64,000 bases of DNA from Bacilli bacterium (GCA_017416535.1 JAFQCG010000005.1:51132-115131), one strand, 5' to 3'; positions 46,273 through 57,042 are shown, counted from the first letter of the stretch. Notes: a model not told the origin generated them from the letters alone. Translations and numbers: made by a program.

Positions 46273-46954
46273 ATTTACAAATATAATTTTTTGCTGTATA
46301 TTTTTGAACTATTGCAGTTTTGTTATCATTTAAGTTATCAGTAACTTTTGAAAATTGTGTTCCATTATGGATTGCAGTTAGTTGAGTTTTATTTAATTTA
46401 GTTAGGTCTACTGAAATTATTGTTCTCATTCCTGTTTCTGTATAAATTGTTGCTGCTGTATATCCATTTAGTGGTACTGCATCAACTTTTTTATAATGGT
46501 TATAATAATTATCTACAGCTGTAATTCCATTAGCATTTCCTGGTTGTGGATCAAATGTTAATGTCATTGTATATCTTTGTAGTTGGTCATTTTCATCAAA
46601 GATGAAATTGTATTCTGCTACTCCTGCTGTTCCATTTGAATTATGTGGGCTTGAAAATGTACACGTAGTTGAGTTTAATTTTACTTGTTGTAGTATATTA
46701 TCAGTCTTAATAATCTCTGGTGCTTCTTCTACAGTTGATGGTAGTGCATCAATTGCTGTCATTATATTTGGATAAGAAAATCCCAAAGCAATTGCTAATA
46801 CTCCAGCAAATGCGAATAATGCCGCAGGACGTTTACTTGTCTTTCTTTCAAACTTTGCGATTTCTTGTACATCTGTTAAGTTTAATACTTGAGTTTTTGC
46901 TAATTCTTCTTGTGAAACTTGAGCACTTTGTTGTGTTTGGTTTGTTTGATTCAT
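46271..46954 (-). CDS. Membrane-anchored hypothetical protein
   Basis: Q/T-rich N-terminus, one TM helix (AALFAFAGVLAIALGF), then an extracellular domain. Confidence 0.5.
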   Translation of the reverse strand: MNQTNQTQQSAQVSQEELAKTQVLNLTDVQEIAKFERKTSKRPAALFAFAGVLAIALGFSYPNIMTAIDALPSTVEEAPEIIKTDNILQQVKLNSTTCTFSSPHNSNGTAGVAEYNFIFDENDQLQRYTMTLTFDPQPGNANGITAVDNYYNHYKKVDAVPLNGYTAATIYTETGMRTIISVDLTKLNKTQLTAIHNGTQFSKVTDNLNDNKTAIVQKYTAKNYICK

Positions 46955-47036
46955 AATTCCACCTCTATCCTATATCTATCTTATATATAACATTATAGCA
47001 AAGATTTAGAATTAATCAAAGAAAAAATAACTATTT

Positions 47037-48854
47037 CTAGTTATTTTTCATTCTTGCATCAAATTTCTTACGTTCTTCTGTATTTAAAATACGTTTTCTT
47101 ATTCTAATAAAGTTAGGTGTAACCTCTACTAATTCGTCTGAATTAATGTAGTCTAATGCATATTCTAATGAAATAGGACGAGGTCTTTTTAATACTACTG
47201 TATGATCTGATCCTGCTGCACGTGTGTTAGTTAATTGTTTTCCTTTTACTACGTTTACTGCTAAATCATTATCTCTATTACATTCACCTACTACCATACC
47301 TTCATATACTTCTGTTCCCGGTTCAATAAACATAATTCCTCGGTCTTCTAAGTTTCCAATTGAATATGCTGTTGATTGTCCATTTTCCATTGAAACTAAA
47401 ACACCTAGTTTTCTTTCACCAATTACACCACTTTCATATGGCATATATTCTTTAAATGTATGGTTCATAATTCCATAACCTTTTGTTAATGTCATAAAAT
47501 CAGTTGAGAATCCAATTAATCCACGAGATGGTATTGTATAAAGTAATCTTACTTGATTTTCAAAGTTAGTCATACTTACCATTTTTCCACCACGTACACC
47601 TAATTGCTCAATTACTGTTCCTACTGAGTCTTCTGGAACTTCAATTTGTAATTCTTCATATGGTTCATATTTTTGTCCATCAATTTCTTTAATAATTACA
47701 CTTGGTTTTGATACTTCAAGTTCAAATCCTTCACGACGCATGTTTTCAATTAAGATACTTAAGTGAAGTTCTCCACGTCCTGAAACTAAGAATGATTCAT
47801 TTGTTGCTGGTTCTACTCTTAAACTTACGTCTTTTTGAGTTTCACGCATTAATCTTTCTTCAATTTTTCTTGCTGTAACGATTTTTCCATCTTTTCCAAC
47901 AAATGGTGATGAGTTTGTTCCAAATGTCATTTGTAATGTTGGTTCATCAATATGAAGTTGAGGTAATGGAAGAATATCAGTTGTGTTACAGATTGTTTCT
48001 CCTACTGAAATATCAGCAAGCCCTGCTATAGCAACTAAATCTCCAGCTTCTGCTTCTTCAATTTCTATTCTTTTATATCCATAGTATCCAAATAATTTTT
48101 GAACTCTAAATTGTTTTGTAGTTCCATCTAATCTACAGCAAGTAACCATTTCTCCTGTTTTTAGTTTACCATTATGAATACGTCCAATTCCAATTCTTCC
48201 TACGAATTCATTATAGTCTAATAATGCTGGTTGGAATTGTAATGGTTCTTCAGAAGAACCTGTTGGTGCTGGTATTTCTTCTAATATTGTATCTAATACT
48301 TCTTGGAATCCTTCTGTTTGTGTAGATAAATCTTCACTATATGAGCATGTTCCATTTAACCCTGATGCATATAATACTTTAAAGTCTAATTGACTATCAT
48401 CTGCACCTAATTCAATAAATAAATCTAATACTTCATCAACTACTTGACTACATCTAGCTGCTGGTTTATCTACCTTATTAATTACTACTATTGGTTTTAC
48501 CCCTGCTTCAAATGCTTTTTTTAGAACGAATCTTGTTTGTGGCATAGCTCCTTCATAAGCATCAACAACTAATAAAACACCATCAACCATATTCATGATA
48601 CGCTCAACTTCTCCACCAAAGTCTGCATGTCCTGGAGTATCTAAAATATTAATTCTTACTCCTTTATAATCAATAGCTGTTGTTTTTGCTAAGATTGTGA
48701 TTCCTCTTTCTCTTTCTAAGTCATTTGAATCCATTGATACGTTTGATACATCTTCATTATCTCTAAACATTCCTGAATGTTTAATAATTCCGTCTACTAA
48801 AGTTGTTTTACCATGATCGACATGGGCAATAATTGCGATATTTCTTTTTTCCAT
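47037..48854 (-). CDS. typA: Translational GTPase TypA/BipA
   Basis: [32 protein letters not shown] motifs. Size 605 aa. Confidence 0.93.
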   Translation of the reverse strand: MEKRNIAIIAHVDHGKTTLVDGIIKHSGMFRDNEDVSNVSMDSNDLERERGITILAKTTAIDYKGVRINILDTPGHADFGGEVERIMNMVDGVLLVVDAYEGAMPQTRFVLKKAFEAGVKPIVVINKVDKPAARCSQVVDEVLDLFIELGADDSQLDFKVLYASGLNGTCSYSEDLSTQTEGFQEVLDTILEEIPAPTGSSEEPLQFQPALLDYNEFVGRIGIGRIHNGKLKTGEMVTCCRLDGTTKQFRVQKLFGYYGYKRIEIEEAEAGDLVAIAGLADISVGETICNTTDILPLPQLHIDEPTLQMTFGTNSSPFVGKDGKIVTARKIEERLMRETQKDVSLRVEPATNESFLVSGRGELHLSILIENMRREGFELEVSKPSVIIKEIDGQKYEPYEELQIEVPEDSVGTVIEQLGVRGGKMVSMTNFENQVRLLYTIPSRGLIGFSTDFMTLTKGYGIMNHTFKEYMPYESGVIGERKLGVLVSMENGQSTAYSIGNLEDRGIMFIEPGTEVYEGMVVGECNRDNDLAVNVVKGKQLTNTRAAGSDHTVVLKRPRPISLEYALDYINSDELVEVTPNFIRIRKRILNTEERKKFDARMKNN

Positions 48855-48930
48855 ATTTATACACCTCTTCTTACGACGTTCTTCATTATATCACAAAGTA
48901 AAAAAAAATACTAGATATTTCTAATATTTT

Positions 48931-49623
48931 TTAGTTTGACATAATATATTCAATATAGTCAGCTAAAGTTTTATACACAGGTAAATTGAATTTATCTAAC
49001 ATTGGATTATGTTTTTCCACAATTGCTGCATTAAACTTTTTTAACATTTCATAGTCATTAACATCATCACCTATTACATAAAAATCTTTTGGATTTAGGT
49101 TTGCTACCTCTGCTAGTCTTATAAGTGCTTGTTCTTTATCATTTTTAATATTATTAATATTGATATGTTTTCTACTAGCATAGGCATAGACGTTTAATTC
49201 TTCTGCAATTTGTTTTGATATTTTAATTGCTGCCTCTTTATCTGTTGCGTATAAAGATGCCACTTTTATACAATCACTAGTATTTGTTGTAATATTATAT
49301 CCATCTTCTAAGTATGGTTCATAACCATTTACTTTTAATATATTAAATGCTTTTTCCACTATTTCTTTTTCTAAATTAATTTTTAATAAACAGTAGTCTG
49401 TGCTATCTAATATCATAGCACCATCTGCACACACTAAATATGTATATGGAACATTAAGTCTAGTTAAATCTGTTTTTATTTCCATATATGATCTGCCTGT
49501 AATAATACAAAAAATATTACCTTGAGCAATGAAGTTTCTTATACATTCAATATTCTTTGTAGTTTTCAGTATATCATCTTTAAAATATAATGTATTATCA
49601 AAATCACTACATAATATCTTCAT
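48931..49623 (-). CDS. HAD-IIB (Cof-type) phosphatase
   Basis: CSDFDNTLY motif I, ITGR, GDDVNDYEML motif. Confidence 0.8.
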   Translation of the reverse strand: MKILCSDFDNTLYFKDDILKTTKNIECIRNFIAQGNIFCIITGRSYMEIKTDLTRLNVPYTYLVCADGAMILDSTDYCLLKINLEKEIVEKAFNILKVNGYEPYLEDGYNITTNTSDCIKVASLYATDKEAAIKISKQIAEELNVYAYASRKHININNIKNDKEQALIRLAEVANLNPKDFYVIGDDVNDYEMLKKFNAAIVEKHNPMLDKFNLPVYKTLADYIEYIMSN

Positions 49624-49712
49624 ATTATCACCTCTTTATTAGTATATAACACTTTAAAACAGTTGAAAAGATTGATATTTTAAGATTTTTTCAATTTTTT
49701 TCAAAAAAAGTG

Positions 49713-49740
49713 TTGACTTTTTTTCTCAGTCTGATATAAT
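49713..49740 (+). promoter_or_regulatory. Promoter of tRNA-Gly
   Basis: TTGACT (49713-49718), 16-nt spacer, extended -10 TGATATAAT (49732-49740). Confidence 0.55.
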
Positions 49741-49806
49741 TTAACTTGTCTACTTGATTTAGTCGACTCAGTCAAACGGAAATGGCTGAGGGGCTAATTA
49801 CAATGT

Positions 49807-49880
49807 GCGGATGTAGTTTAATGGTAGAACCTCAGCCTTCCAAGCTGACTACGTGGGTTCGATTCCCATCATCCGCTCCA
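49807..49880 (+). tRNA. tRNA-Gly (anticodon UCC), CCA encoded
   Basis: Acceptor GCGGATG/CATCCGC. Anticodon stem TCAGC/GCTGA with loop CTTCCAA. T-arm GGGTTCGATTCCC. 74 nt. Confidence 0.9.
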
Positions 49881-49889
49881 TTAGATATT

Positions 49890-49914
49890 AACTCAGAGAA
49901 ATCTGAGTTTTTTT
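49890..49914 (+). terminator. Intrinsic terminator after tRNA-Gly
   Basis: aactcaga-gaaa-tctgagtt followed by a T-run. Confidence 0.6.
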
Positions 49915-49930
49915 GTGTCTAAATAAAAAA

Positions 49931-49960
49931 AAGATAATAACTTAGTTTTGTTATTATCTT
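49931..49960. terminator. Hairpin terminator after the 801-aa gene, potentially bidirectional
   Basis: aagataataac-ttagtttt-gttattatctt, flanked by an A-run and a T-run. Confidence 0.55.
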
Positions 49961-49967
49961 TTTTATT

Positions 49968-52373
49968 TTAATTTGTTTTTACTACATAAGGATTAGTGGC
50001 TGTACCATTACCACCAGTTATTACTACATCTGATTTAATGTTGATTACAGGTCTTACATCTCCGGAAGTTGTTTTAGACCAATCACCATATAAATAACCA
50101 GTAGATGCAACATACCAATGTCCAGATGTATATCTTTCATATGGTTCATAACTAGAGAAGTCTGAATAATCATTTGGGGTCATAGTCCAATACCAAGTTC
50201 CATTATTTAAGTAGAAATCTTCATTATCTGGTTTTTCTCCAGATGTTGGCCATCCAACCCCTCCTGCATAAGATACTTCATCTATTGTAATAAGTCCAAT
50301 TGGATAAGTTAAAGATTTATTTCCAGTTACATTGTTTACTGTAAATAAGTCATTTTTTTGTGGACATGCAAACTGTGGTTTATAAGTGTACATTTTTTCC
50401 CATGCTTTATAATTTGTACTATTTGTTCCATAGCCTAATTTTGTATTACCTGGGCCAGCAGCAGTTATACTTCTGTCATTACAGAATCCAGCATCAGCAA
50501 TATATTTTGAATAATTGTTTAAATTCTTTTCATACCATTTATCTAATACTTTCTTAATTGTACTATCATTTGTATTTTTATGTGTTTCTTCATATGTTGT
50601 TGATCCGGTTTTTCCGAACATGTATCCAACATGAGCATTATCATTACTTATTTCGTTAAATGCACTTTCTCCAATAGTTGCTTCTCCTCTTCCAATTGTT
50701 GGATAGTTTCCTTGATAGATTAATCTTGTACTTCCATCTTCATTGATTCTTACTATTTTCCAGTAAACATCTACTCTATCATATGTTGCTTTTTCATTTA
50801 TTACTGTTCCACCAAACATACCACATACAACTTGATTTCCACCAAGTGCTTGAGCCATTTGTTCATCTCCGATTACATATCTGTAATCATCTCCATATGT
50901 ATCTTTAATGAAATTTCCAACATCGCATATTGCTGTTGTTGATAAACATTTTTCTTCTGATGGATGAATATCAAGTGAAGGTACTCCATCTTCAATTCCA
51001 TTTAGGTAAATAACTTCATTTCCTTTATAACTACATGTCTTTTCTGTTCCAAATTTAACATAGTTATTATCTACTGCACCTCTAAAGTAATATGTTGTTT
51101 TATTATCTTGTGTATTTTTATTTGTATAATATAATCCTTTACCATTTGTATCACTACTGATTTTACTGAAGTTGATTCCTTCATCACTCTTTGCTCCTAC
51201 TTTAACAACATCTGTCAATTTAGTTGCATACATATGTGTTTTATCTGTTACTTTTGATAAGTCTAAATCTTTTTCGTTTATTTCTAATTTATCGCATCCA
51301 TTAAACATATATGATGCATTTGTTACGTTTGCTGTATTAATTTCTTTTACATCTAAAGTTTTTAATTTTGAGTTCCCAAAAAATAACCCTGTCATATTTG
51401 TTGTATTATCAAATTCAACAAATTCTAATCCTTTGATTGTTTCTACATTTGGGAACGAGAACAATCCTGTTGCATTAGCTGGTGCATACATTACACCACG
51501 TGATACTATATATAAATCATAGGGAACTTTAGAATCTTTATTTTCTACTAAATATCCCATAATACGTTTACTATTATTTGTAGTTAAATCAAATTCTTCT
51601 TTAAATTTTTCTGGGGTTGATTTATTATCTGAAATAATAATATTTTTTACTTGTTCTGCATATTTCCATACATCAGATGAAGTTGTGTAATCTGCACTAT
51701 AATCTTTTACTGTTGTTCCAGATTCTTGCATTAAGTTTTGTGATGTATATGTTACTTTACCTTTTAATTCATAATAATCAGAATCATTTGCAGATACTAC
51801 TATAGTTCCGCATAATAAACAAATCATTAGTATTGCTGTATTTTTCTTTTTATCAACATTTTTAGACATCATTGAGAAAGCAATTAGCATAACTATTCCT
51901 AAGATGATATATACTATCCAATTAGTATTTGTTGCTGGATTAATTATCTTATCACCTAATAAGAATTTTAAACTAATTTCATCATTTACATTTCTTCCTG
52001 CATGAGTAATATCTAATGTTTTAGCAATTACTTCAACTTCTTTAGTTTTACCTGGTTCAAGCTTTGCATTAAGTGATTTTTCACTTAATGAGAAGTCTAT
52101 AAACTCTTCAGATAAATCTTCTGTTACTACATTATTAACATACAGAATTTCATCTGTATTATTTTTTAATTTTACTTTATATGTTGCTTTTTGATTTAGA
52201 TCATTAAAACTTAAATCTATAGAATCGGTTGCATTTAATACAACTTCTTCGTTATCTGTTTTACCTGTTATTTGTTCTAAAGAAACAAGTTCTTTAGAGA
52301 ATACAGGTATTGCTATAACCGTTAATAAAACTATAAAAATATATTTTGTTATTTTCTTAAACATAACTACCAC
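49968..52373 (-). CDS. Large surface protein. Layout: signal peptide, beta-sandwich-like domain, internal NPATN/TM/basic segment, second signal-like helix, BspA-type LRRs, C-terminal ..DVRPVINIK.. module.
   Basis: LRR-like FVEFDNTTNMTGLFFGNSKLKTLDV...NVTNASYMFNGCDKLEI. VDVYWKIVRINEDGSTRLIY ... GDVRPVINIKSD...GNGTATNPY parallels the modules in the 603-aa locus protein. Confidence 0.7.
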   Translation of the reverse strand: MVVMFKKITKYIFIVLLTVIAIPVFSKELVSLEQITGKTDNEEVVLNATDSIDLSFNDLNQKATYKVKLKNNTDEILYVNNVVTEDLSEEFIDFSLSEKSLNAKLEPGKTKEVEVIAKTLDITHAGRNVNDEISLKFLLGDKIINPATNTNWIVYIILGIVMLIAFSMMSKNVDKKKNTAILMICLLCGTIVVSANDSDYYELKGKVTYTSQNLMQESGTTVKDYSADYTTSSDVWKYAEQVKNIIISDNKSTPEKFKEEFDLTTNNSKRIMGYLVENKDSKVPYDLYIVSRGVMYAPANATGLFSFPNVETIKGLEFVEFDNTTNMTGLFFGNSKLKTLDVKEINTANVTNASYMFNGCDKLEINEKDLDLSKVTDKTHMYATKLTDVVKVGAKSDEGINFSKISSDTNGKGLYYTNKNTQDNKTTYYFRGAVDNNYVKFGTEKTCSYKGNEVIYLNGIEDGVPSLDIHPSEEKCLSTTAICDVGNFIKDTYGDDYRYVIGDEQMAQALGGNQVVCGMFGGTVINEKATYDRVDVYWKIVRINEDGSTRLIYQGNYPTIGRGEATIGESAFNEISNDNAHVGYMFGKTGSTTYEETHKNTNDSTIKKVLDKWYEKNLNNYSKYIADAGFCNDRSITAAGPGNTKLGYGTNSTNYKAWEKMYTYKPQFACPQKNDLFTVNNVTGNKSLTYPIGLITIDEVSYAGGVGWPTSGEKPDNEDFYLNNGTWYWTMTPNDYSDFSSYEPYERYTSGHWYVASTGYLYGDWSKTTSGDVRPVINIKSDVVITGGNGTATNPYVVKTN

Positions 52374-52455
52374 TTCCTACTATCTCTATTCTAGTATGAT
52401 TGTATCACTTTCACTTACTTTTATCAACACATAAAAAAGACTATAAAATAGTCTT

Positions 52456-52875
52456 TTATTTTTTACTTGAACCTTTTTGATCATAAGTTACCGGTCTTAC
52501 GATATGTTCATTTTCCTCTTTAAAGTTAGGTGTCATTCCTAATGTTAAAATCATTTCTCCTTCGTAACTAAACACTTTATTTGGTTCTATTGTAATTATA
52601 TCTCCAGGTTGTACTTCTACTTCTTTGTCATCAACAATAAACTTACCTGTTCCATCTAACACATGATACACATGTGTACTTTCTGTATTATATGAATAAT
52701 TATCGTGACCTTGAATTGAATTAATTAGGAAATCTCCGTGTTCTTCTGTATTATCAGATGGAATAATCAATTGAAAACTACCTCTATCAACTAAGAACAT
52801 TCCTTCTCCAACATTTTCTGCTGTAATAGGCATTTTAACTTTACACATATTAATTAATCTTTCAAACTTTTCCAT
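52456..52875 (-). CDS. Cupin-domain protein
   Basis: HVYHVLDGTGKFIVDDKEVEVQPGDIITIEPN pattern. Confidence 0.6.
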   Translation of the reverse strand: MEKFERLINMCKVKMPITAENVGEGMFLVDRGSFQLIIPSDNTEEHGDFLINSIQGHDNYSYNTESTHVYHVLDGTGKFIVDDKEVEVQPGDIITIEPNKVFSYEGEMILTLGMTPNFKEENEHIVRPVTYDQKGSSKK

Positions 52876-52887
52876 ATTTTTCTCCTT

Positions 52888-53688
52888 CTATATTTCAATC
52901 ACTTGACTTACACCAACTTCTTTAATCGGTGTTGATGCAGCTATTTTTATTTTTGCTTCTAATGACACGCAATGACATGGATATAAATCTTTAATATTAT
53001 TTTCTTTTAAGTAAGCAATTGTTTTATCTAATTTTTCATTATTTTCGAGTAAATGAAATCCTCCAATTACTCCATAGATTCTATTATCATTACATACATT
53101 TTTAGCATATTCAATAATACTACAAATACCACTGTGTGAACATCCAGTAATTATAAATAATCCTTTATCTGATTTATATACAATTGCGGAATCTTCCATT
53201 ACTTTATCTTCTATAATTTGATTATCTTTATGATAATTGCCAATAACTTTTCTTTCTTCAAAATCAAATATTGTAGGTACTTCTCCTAAAAATATTAAAT
53301 TTTTACTTATTTCAGTAGGTTCTTTTATTAAATTTAAATTACATACATTTTGTAATTCTTCTTTTGTCATTGACGAACCAATATACATATTATCTTTTTC
53401 TTTATAATTAAAACAGTCGGGATGAGCAATCAATTCAACATCTTTTTTTTCTGTAAATAAATACTTAAGTCCTCCAGCATGATCATCATGGCCATGTGAA
53501 ATAATTAGTTTGTTTATTTTTGATAAATCAATATTCATCTTTCTTGCATTTTCAATAAACACATTGGAATAACCTGTATCAAATAAAATTTTGTCATTGT
53601 TATTTTCAATGTAGTAACATACTCCGGGTTCACCAACATAACATTGATCAATTAAAGTGTTATTATCTACTAAAACAGTTAACTTCAT
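52888..53688 (-). CDS. MBL-fold metallo-hydrolase
   Basis: ISHGHDDHAGG (HxHxDH) and a downstream His/Cys (GCSHSG). Confidence 0.8.
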   Translation of the reverse strand: MKLTVLVDNNTLIDQCYVGEPGVCYYIENNNDKILFDTGYSNVFIENARKMNIDLSKINKLIISHGHDDHAGGLKYLFTEKKDVELIAHPDCFNYKEKDNMYIGSSMTKEELQNVCNLNLIKEPTEISKNLIFLGEVPTIFDFEERKVIGNYHKDNQIIEDKVMEDSAIVYKSDKGLFIITGCSHSGICSIIEYAKNVCNDNRIYGVIGGFHLLENNEKLDKTIAYLKENNIKDLYPCHCVSLEAKIKIAASTPIKEVGVSQVIEI

Positions 53689-53698
53689 ATGACTCTCC

Positions 53699-54322
53699 TT
53701 ATTTTACTAATTCATAAATATCTTCTGGTGAATAAAATTTATAATCATAGTCAGATATTTCATTTTTATTTTCCCATGCAGCAAAACCAAATTTTACATT
53801 TGCATTATTGGCTGCTTTTTGGTCACTTGGACTATCTCCAATATAAATTGTTTCTTCTTTATTTAAATTATATTTATCAATAATTATATTTATTGATTCT
53901 GGAGATGGTTTTGGTTCGTTTATTAAATCTGAGGTGATTACTACGTCAAACAAATTTATATATTTAATTAGTTCATCTAATTCTTCTAATTCTTCTTTGG
54001 TTCTTGAAGTTGCAATTCCTAAAAAATATCCCTGTTCTTTTAATTTTTGAATTAATTCTTTTATACCCAGAAAAAGTTTTGGCATCTTTTCTTTTAGTAA
54101 TCTCCCCCAATGATAATTTATTTGTTTCATTGTGTCTGAATTTTTATCAATACCAAGTTTTCTAAAAAATTCATCTGTTGTTAGGACAGTTAACTTATTC
54201 ATAATTTCATTATTATATTTTTCTTTTGTTACAATGCTTAGTGCTTCTTTTAATGTTTCTATTTCTGGTATATAGCTATCTACTAATGTTCTATCTACAT
54301 CAAATATAAAATTTTTAATCAT
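53699..54322 (-). CDS. HAD-IA family phosphatase
   Basis: FIFDVDRTLVDS motif I, GIATSR, YIGDSPSDQKAA. I prefer the ATG at 54322 (SD aaaggaga 7 nt upstream) to the track start at 54352. Confidence 0.8.
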   Translation of the reverse strand: MIKNFIFDVDRTLVDSYIPEIETLKEALSIVTKEKYNNEIMNKLTVLTTDEFFRKLGIDKNSDTMKQINYHWGRLLKEKMPKLFLGIKELIQKLKEQGYFLGIATSRTKEELEELDELIKYINLFDVVITSDLINEPKPSPESINIIIDKYNLNKEETIYIGDSPSDQKAANNANVKFGFAAWENKNEISDYDYKFYSPEDIYELVK

Positions 54323-54335
54323 AGCTGTCTCCTTT

Positions 54336-55994
54336 TTATTTAAGTATATCATATTTAGTATTATCTTTTAATCTATTAATTTCTTCATCAATTCTAGACT
54401 TATCATATCTTTCATATAGTGGTTTTACTTCACTACTTATTTTTATTTCTTTGATTGATTTATAATTCCAATTATCAATATTTTCATTTAAGTATTTTTC
54501 TACTTGTTCTGATGAGTTTGGTAAATATGGTTTTAGAAGTGTATTTACATTTAAGATTATATTTACACAGTTTAATAATACTTTATTGCATTCTTCTATA
54601 TTTTCTTTAGCAAGTTTCCAAGGTTCTTTTTCATCAAAATATTTATTTGCATAACTTATAAAATCAAATATTTTAATTAACCCTTCTTTTACATTTCCAT
54701 TATCAATATCTTCTCCTACTGTTTCAAATAATCTTTTTAATTTATATTCTACTTCAGAATCAATTTCTGATTCAGTTAGTTTTCCATTGAATGATTTATT
54801 TATAAATACTAAAGTTCTATTTATAAAGTTACCCCATTTACCTAATAATTCTCCATTAATTGAATTTATAAAATCATTCCATGTAAAGTTAAAATCTCTT
54901 TTTGATGGATCATTATATAGAAAATAATATCTTACTGCATCAGTTGGATATCTTTCTAAAATATTTTTTACAGAGATATAGTTTCCTTTACTCTTTGATA
55001 GTTTTTCTCCTTCAATAGTTATGTATTCATCTGATACTATTTTATCTGGTAATTTATAATTATCTTTTGTTGCGAGTAAAAGTGACGGGAATATTACTGT
55101 ATGAAATGGAATGTTGTCTTTTGCATGTACTAAGTATATTTTATTATCTTTATCATTTTTCCAATAATCTTCCCAATTTAAATTATGTTCTTCACAATAT
55201 TTTTTTGATGCTGTTACATATCCCCAAACATTTTCAAACCAACCATAGATTTTTTTATCCTCATAACCTTTTACTGGAATATCTATTCCCCAATTTAGAC
55301 TACGAGATGCACATCTATCAGGTATACCTTCCTTAATATAACGCTCAGTAAATTGGATGGCATTTTCTCGCCAAGATAGACTATTTTTTGAAACTAGGTC
55401 TTTTATATTATCTTGGAACCTTGAAAGGGAGAAATATAGATTTTTTGTTTCTTTGATACTTGTTTTATTTCCACATATTGCACACTTTGTTTCTTTTACA
55501 TCTTTTATTTCTAAGAGACTTCCACATTTTTCACATTCATCTCCTTTAATGTCATTTCCACATTTTGGACATACTCCTACTATGTATCTGTCAGCTAAAA
55601 ATAAATTACATTTATCACAGAATAGTTGTTGTTCTGTTTGTTCATATAAATATCCATAATCATAATATTTTTTAAATTGTTCTTTGACAAAGTTTTTATG
55701 ATATTCATCATCAGTTCTGTTGTATAGATCAAAACTTACTCCTAAATTTTCCCAATCTCTTTTAAAGTTTTCATGACAAAGATCAACTATTTCTTTGGCA
55801 CTTTTTTTCTCTTGTAATGCTTTAACGTCTATTGGAGTGCCATGGCAATCACTCCCTGATACTAAGATTACATTATTTCCTTTTAGTCTATGATATCTTG
55901 CGATAACATCTCCCGGTAAACTACTTGCTGCATGACCTACATGCAAATCTCCATTTGCAAAAGGCCAAGAAATTCCTATTAATATATTCTTCAT
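54336..55994 (-). CDS. metG: Methionine--tRNA ligase
   Basis: PFANGDLHVGH (HIGH region), zinc knuckles CPKCG...CEKCG...CAICG, KLSKSKGN (KMSKS). I prefer the ATG at 55994 (SD aaggaaggg). The track start at 56063 is a GTG inside the T-box. Confidence 0.92.
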   Translation of the reverse strand: MKNILIGISWPFANGDLHVGHAASSLPGDVIARYHRLKGNNVILVSGSDCHGTPIDVKALQEKKSAKEIVDLCHENFKRDWENLGVSFDLYNRTDDEYHKNFVKEQFKKYYDYGYLYEQTEQQLFCDKCNLFLADRYIVGVCPKCGNDIKGDECEKCGSLLEIKDVKETKCAICGNKTSIKETKNLYFSLSRFQDNIKDLVSKNSLSWRENAIQFTERYIKEGIPDRCASRSLNWGIDIPVKGYEDKKIYGWFENVWGYVTASKKYCEEHNLNWEDYWKNDKDNKIYLVHAKDNIPFHTVIFPSLLLATKDNYKLPDKIVSDEYITIEGEKLSKSKGNYISVKNILERYPTDAVRYYFLYNDPSKRDFNFTWNDFINSINGELLGKWGNFINRTLVFINKSFNGKLTESEIDSEVEYKLKRLFETVGEDIDNGNVKEGLIKIFDFISYANKYFDEKEPWKLAKENIEECNKVLLNCVNIILNVNTLLKPYLPNSSEQVEKYLNENIDNWNYKSIKEIKISSEVKPLYERYDKSRIDEEINRLKDNTKYDILK

Positions 55995-56018
55995 TTTTAT
56001 CCCTTCCTTTCTTATAAA

Positions 56019-56297
56019 CAAAAAACCTCTTAGGAATATACCTAAGAGGTGAATATATATCACGCTACCACTCTTATTTAATAGTGCATTACTGTACTAA
56101 ACTCGCTAACCTACTTATGTCTTATGCATAGTTATAGGCTTGTGCTGTAACAGGCACACCTGTAATGACTTACTTAGTTTCAGCCATTCACCCTTGAGGG
56201 CCATGTTCGAAAAATCATTACATCCTCTTTTTCACCTGACAGAGTTCTCTAAAATGCTTTTACTTTTCTACTTCTTCCTCGCACTGGTTTTGTGATG
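56019..56297 (-). promoter_or_regulatory. T-box leader (Met specifier) with terminator, upstream of metG
   Basis: RNA sense contains AGAGA, a distal-loop GGUGAAA, AUG codons in the specifier region (gaggAUGuaAUGAuu) and the T-box sequence AGAGUGGUAGCGUG. The terminator is ccucuuagg-uauauu-ccuaagagg plus a U6 run. Confidence 0.8.
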
Positions 56298-56303
56298 GTT
56301 CTA

Positions 56304-56332
56304 ATTATATAATAGTTTGTTTATTTTGTCAA
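56304..56332 (-). promoter_or_regulatory. Promoter of the metG T-box leader, overlapping the pyrH stop codon
   Basis: Minus-strand TTGACA (56327-56332; the TGA within it is the pyrH stop), 17 nt, TATAAT (56304-56309). Confidence 0.5.
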
Positions 56333-57030
56333 TTTTGGACAATAGTTCCTATTTTTTTACCATCTACTACTTTCTTTAAATTACCTTTAGTATTTATATC
56401 AAAAACTATTATTGGAATATTATTATCCATACATAATGATGTGGCGGTTGTGTCCATTACATTTAATTTTTTATTTAGAACTTCCATGTAAGTTATTTCA
56501 TCTATTTTTTCAGCATCTTCATATTTTTTAGGATCTCTTGTATAAATTCCATCTACGTTTGTTGCTTTTAGTAATGCATCTGCATTTATTTCAGCTGCTC
56601 GTAGGGCTGCAGCTGTATCTGTTGAAAAGAATGGTGATCCTGTTCCACAACCAAATACTACTACTCTATTATTTGTCAGATGTTTTATTGCTCTATCTTT
56701 AATATAATATTCTGCCACTTGTCGCATTTCTACACCCGTTTGAACTCTTACAGGTTGATTTAGTTGTTTAAAGGCATCTCCTATAGCAAGTGCATTCATT
56801 GTAGTTCCAAGCATACCAATATAGTCAGATGTACATCTATCCATTTGCTGATTACTTCTTCCTCTCCAGAAATTTCCTCCGCCTACTACAATTGCAACTT
56901 CAATTCCTTTTTGTGCTACTTCAGTTATTTCTCTACATATATCTAATACTTTATCAAAATCTATTCCTGTTCCTTTTGTTCCAGCAAGAGACTCTCCACT
57001 TAGTTTTAATAATATTCTTTTATATTTCAT
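56329..57030 (-). CDS. pyrH: UMP kinase
   Basis: KRILLKLSGESLAG..., VVGGGNFWRG, DGIYTRDPKK motifs. Confidence 0.93.
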   Translation of the reverse strand: MKYKRILLKLSGESLAGTKGTGIDFDKVLDICREITEVAQKGIEVAIVVGGGNFWRGRSNQQMDRCTSDYIGMLGTTMNALAIGDAFKQLNQPVRVQTGVEMRQVAEYYIKDRAIKHLTNNRVVVFGCGTGSPFFSTDTAAALRAAEINADALLKATNVDGIYTRDPKKYEDAEKIDEITYMEVLNKKLNVMDTTATSLCMDNNIPIIVFDINTKGNLKKVVDGKKIGTIVQN

Positions 57031-57042
57031 ATACCCTCCTAT

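Noticed and set aside
49741-49806. 66-nt transcribed leader between the promoter and tRNA-Gly, with a ctcag...ctgag hairpin, as a possible small RNA
   Set aside because: It is short with only a 5-bp stem, and is most simply a 5' leader removed by RNase P. There is no independent terminator.
51861-51875. Internal Met-Met in the 801-aa ORF as the start of a separate secreted protein
   Set aside because: No Shine-Dalgarno sequence lies at a functional distance (the nearest AGGA is about 24 nt upstream), and there is no stop codon before it. I treated it as one polypeptide.
55995-56063. N-terminal extension of metG in the track (MIYIHLLGIFLRGFLFIRKEGIK)
   Set aside because: The GTG start lies inside the T-box/terminator element. 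A good SD (aaggaaggg) precedes the ATG at 55994, and MetRS homology starts there (MKNILIGISWPFANGDLHVGH).
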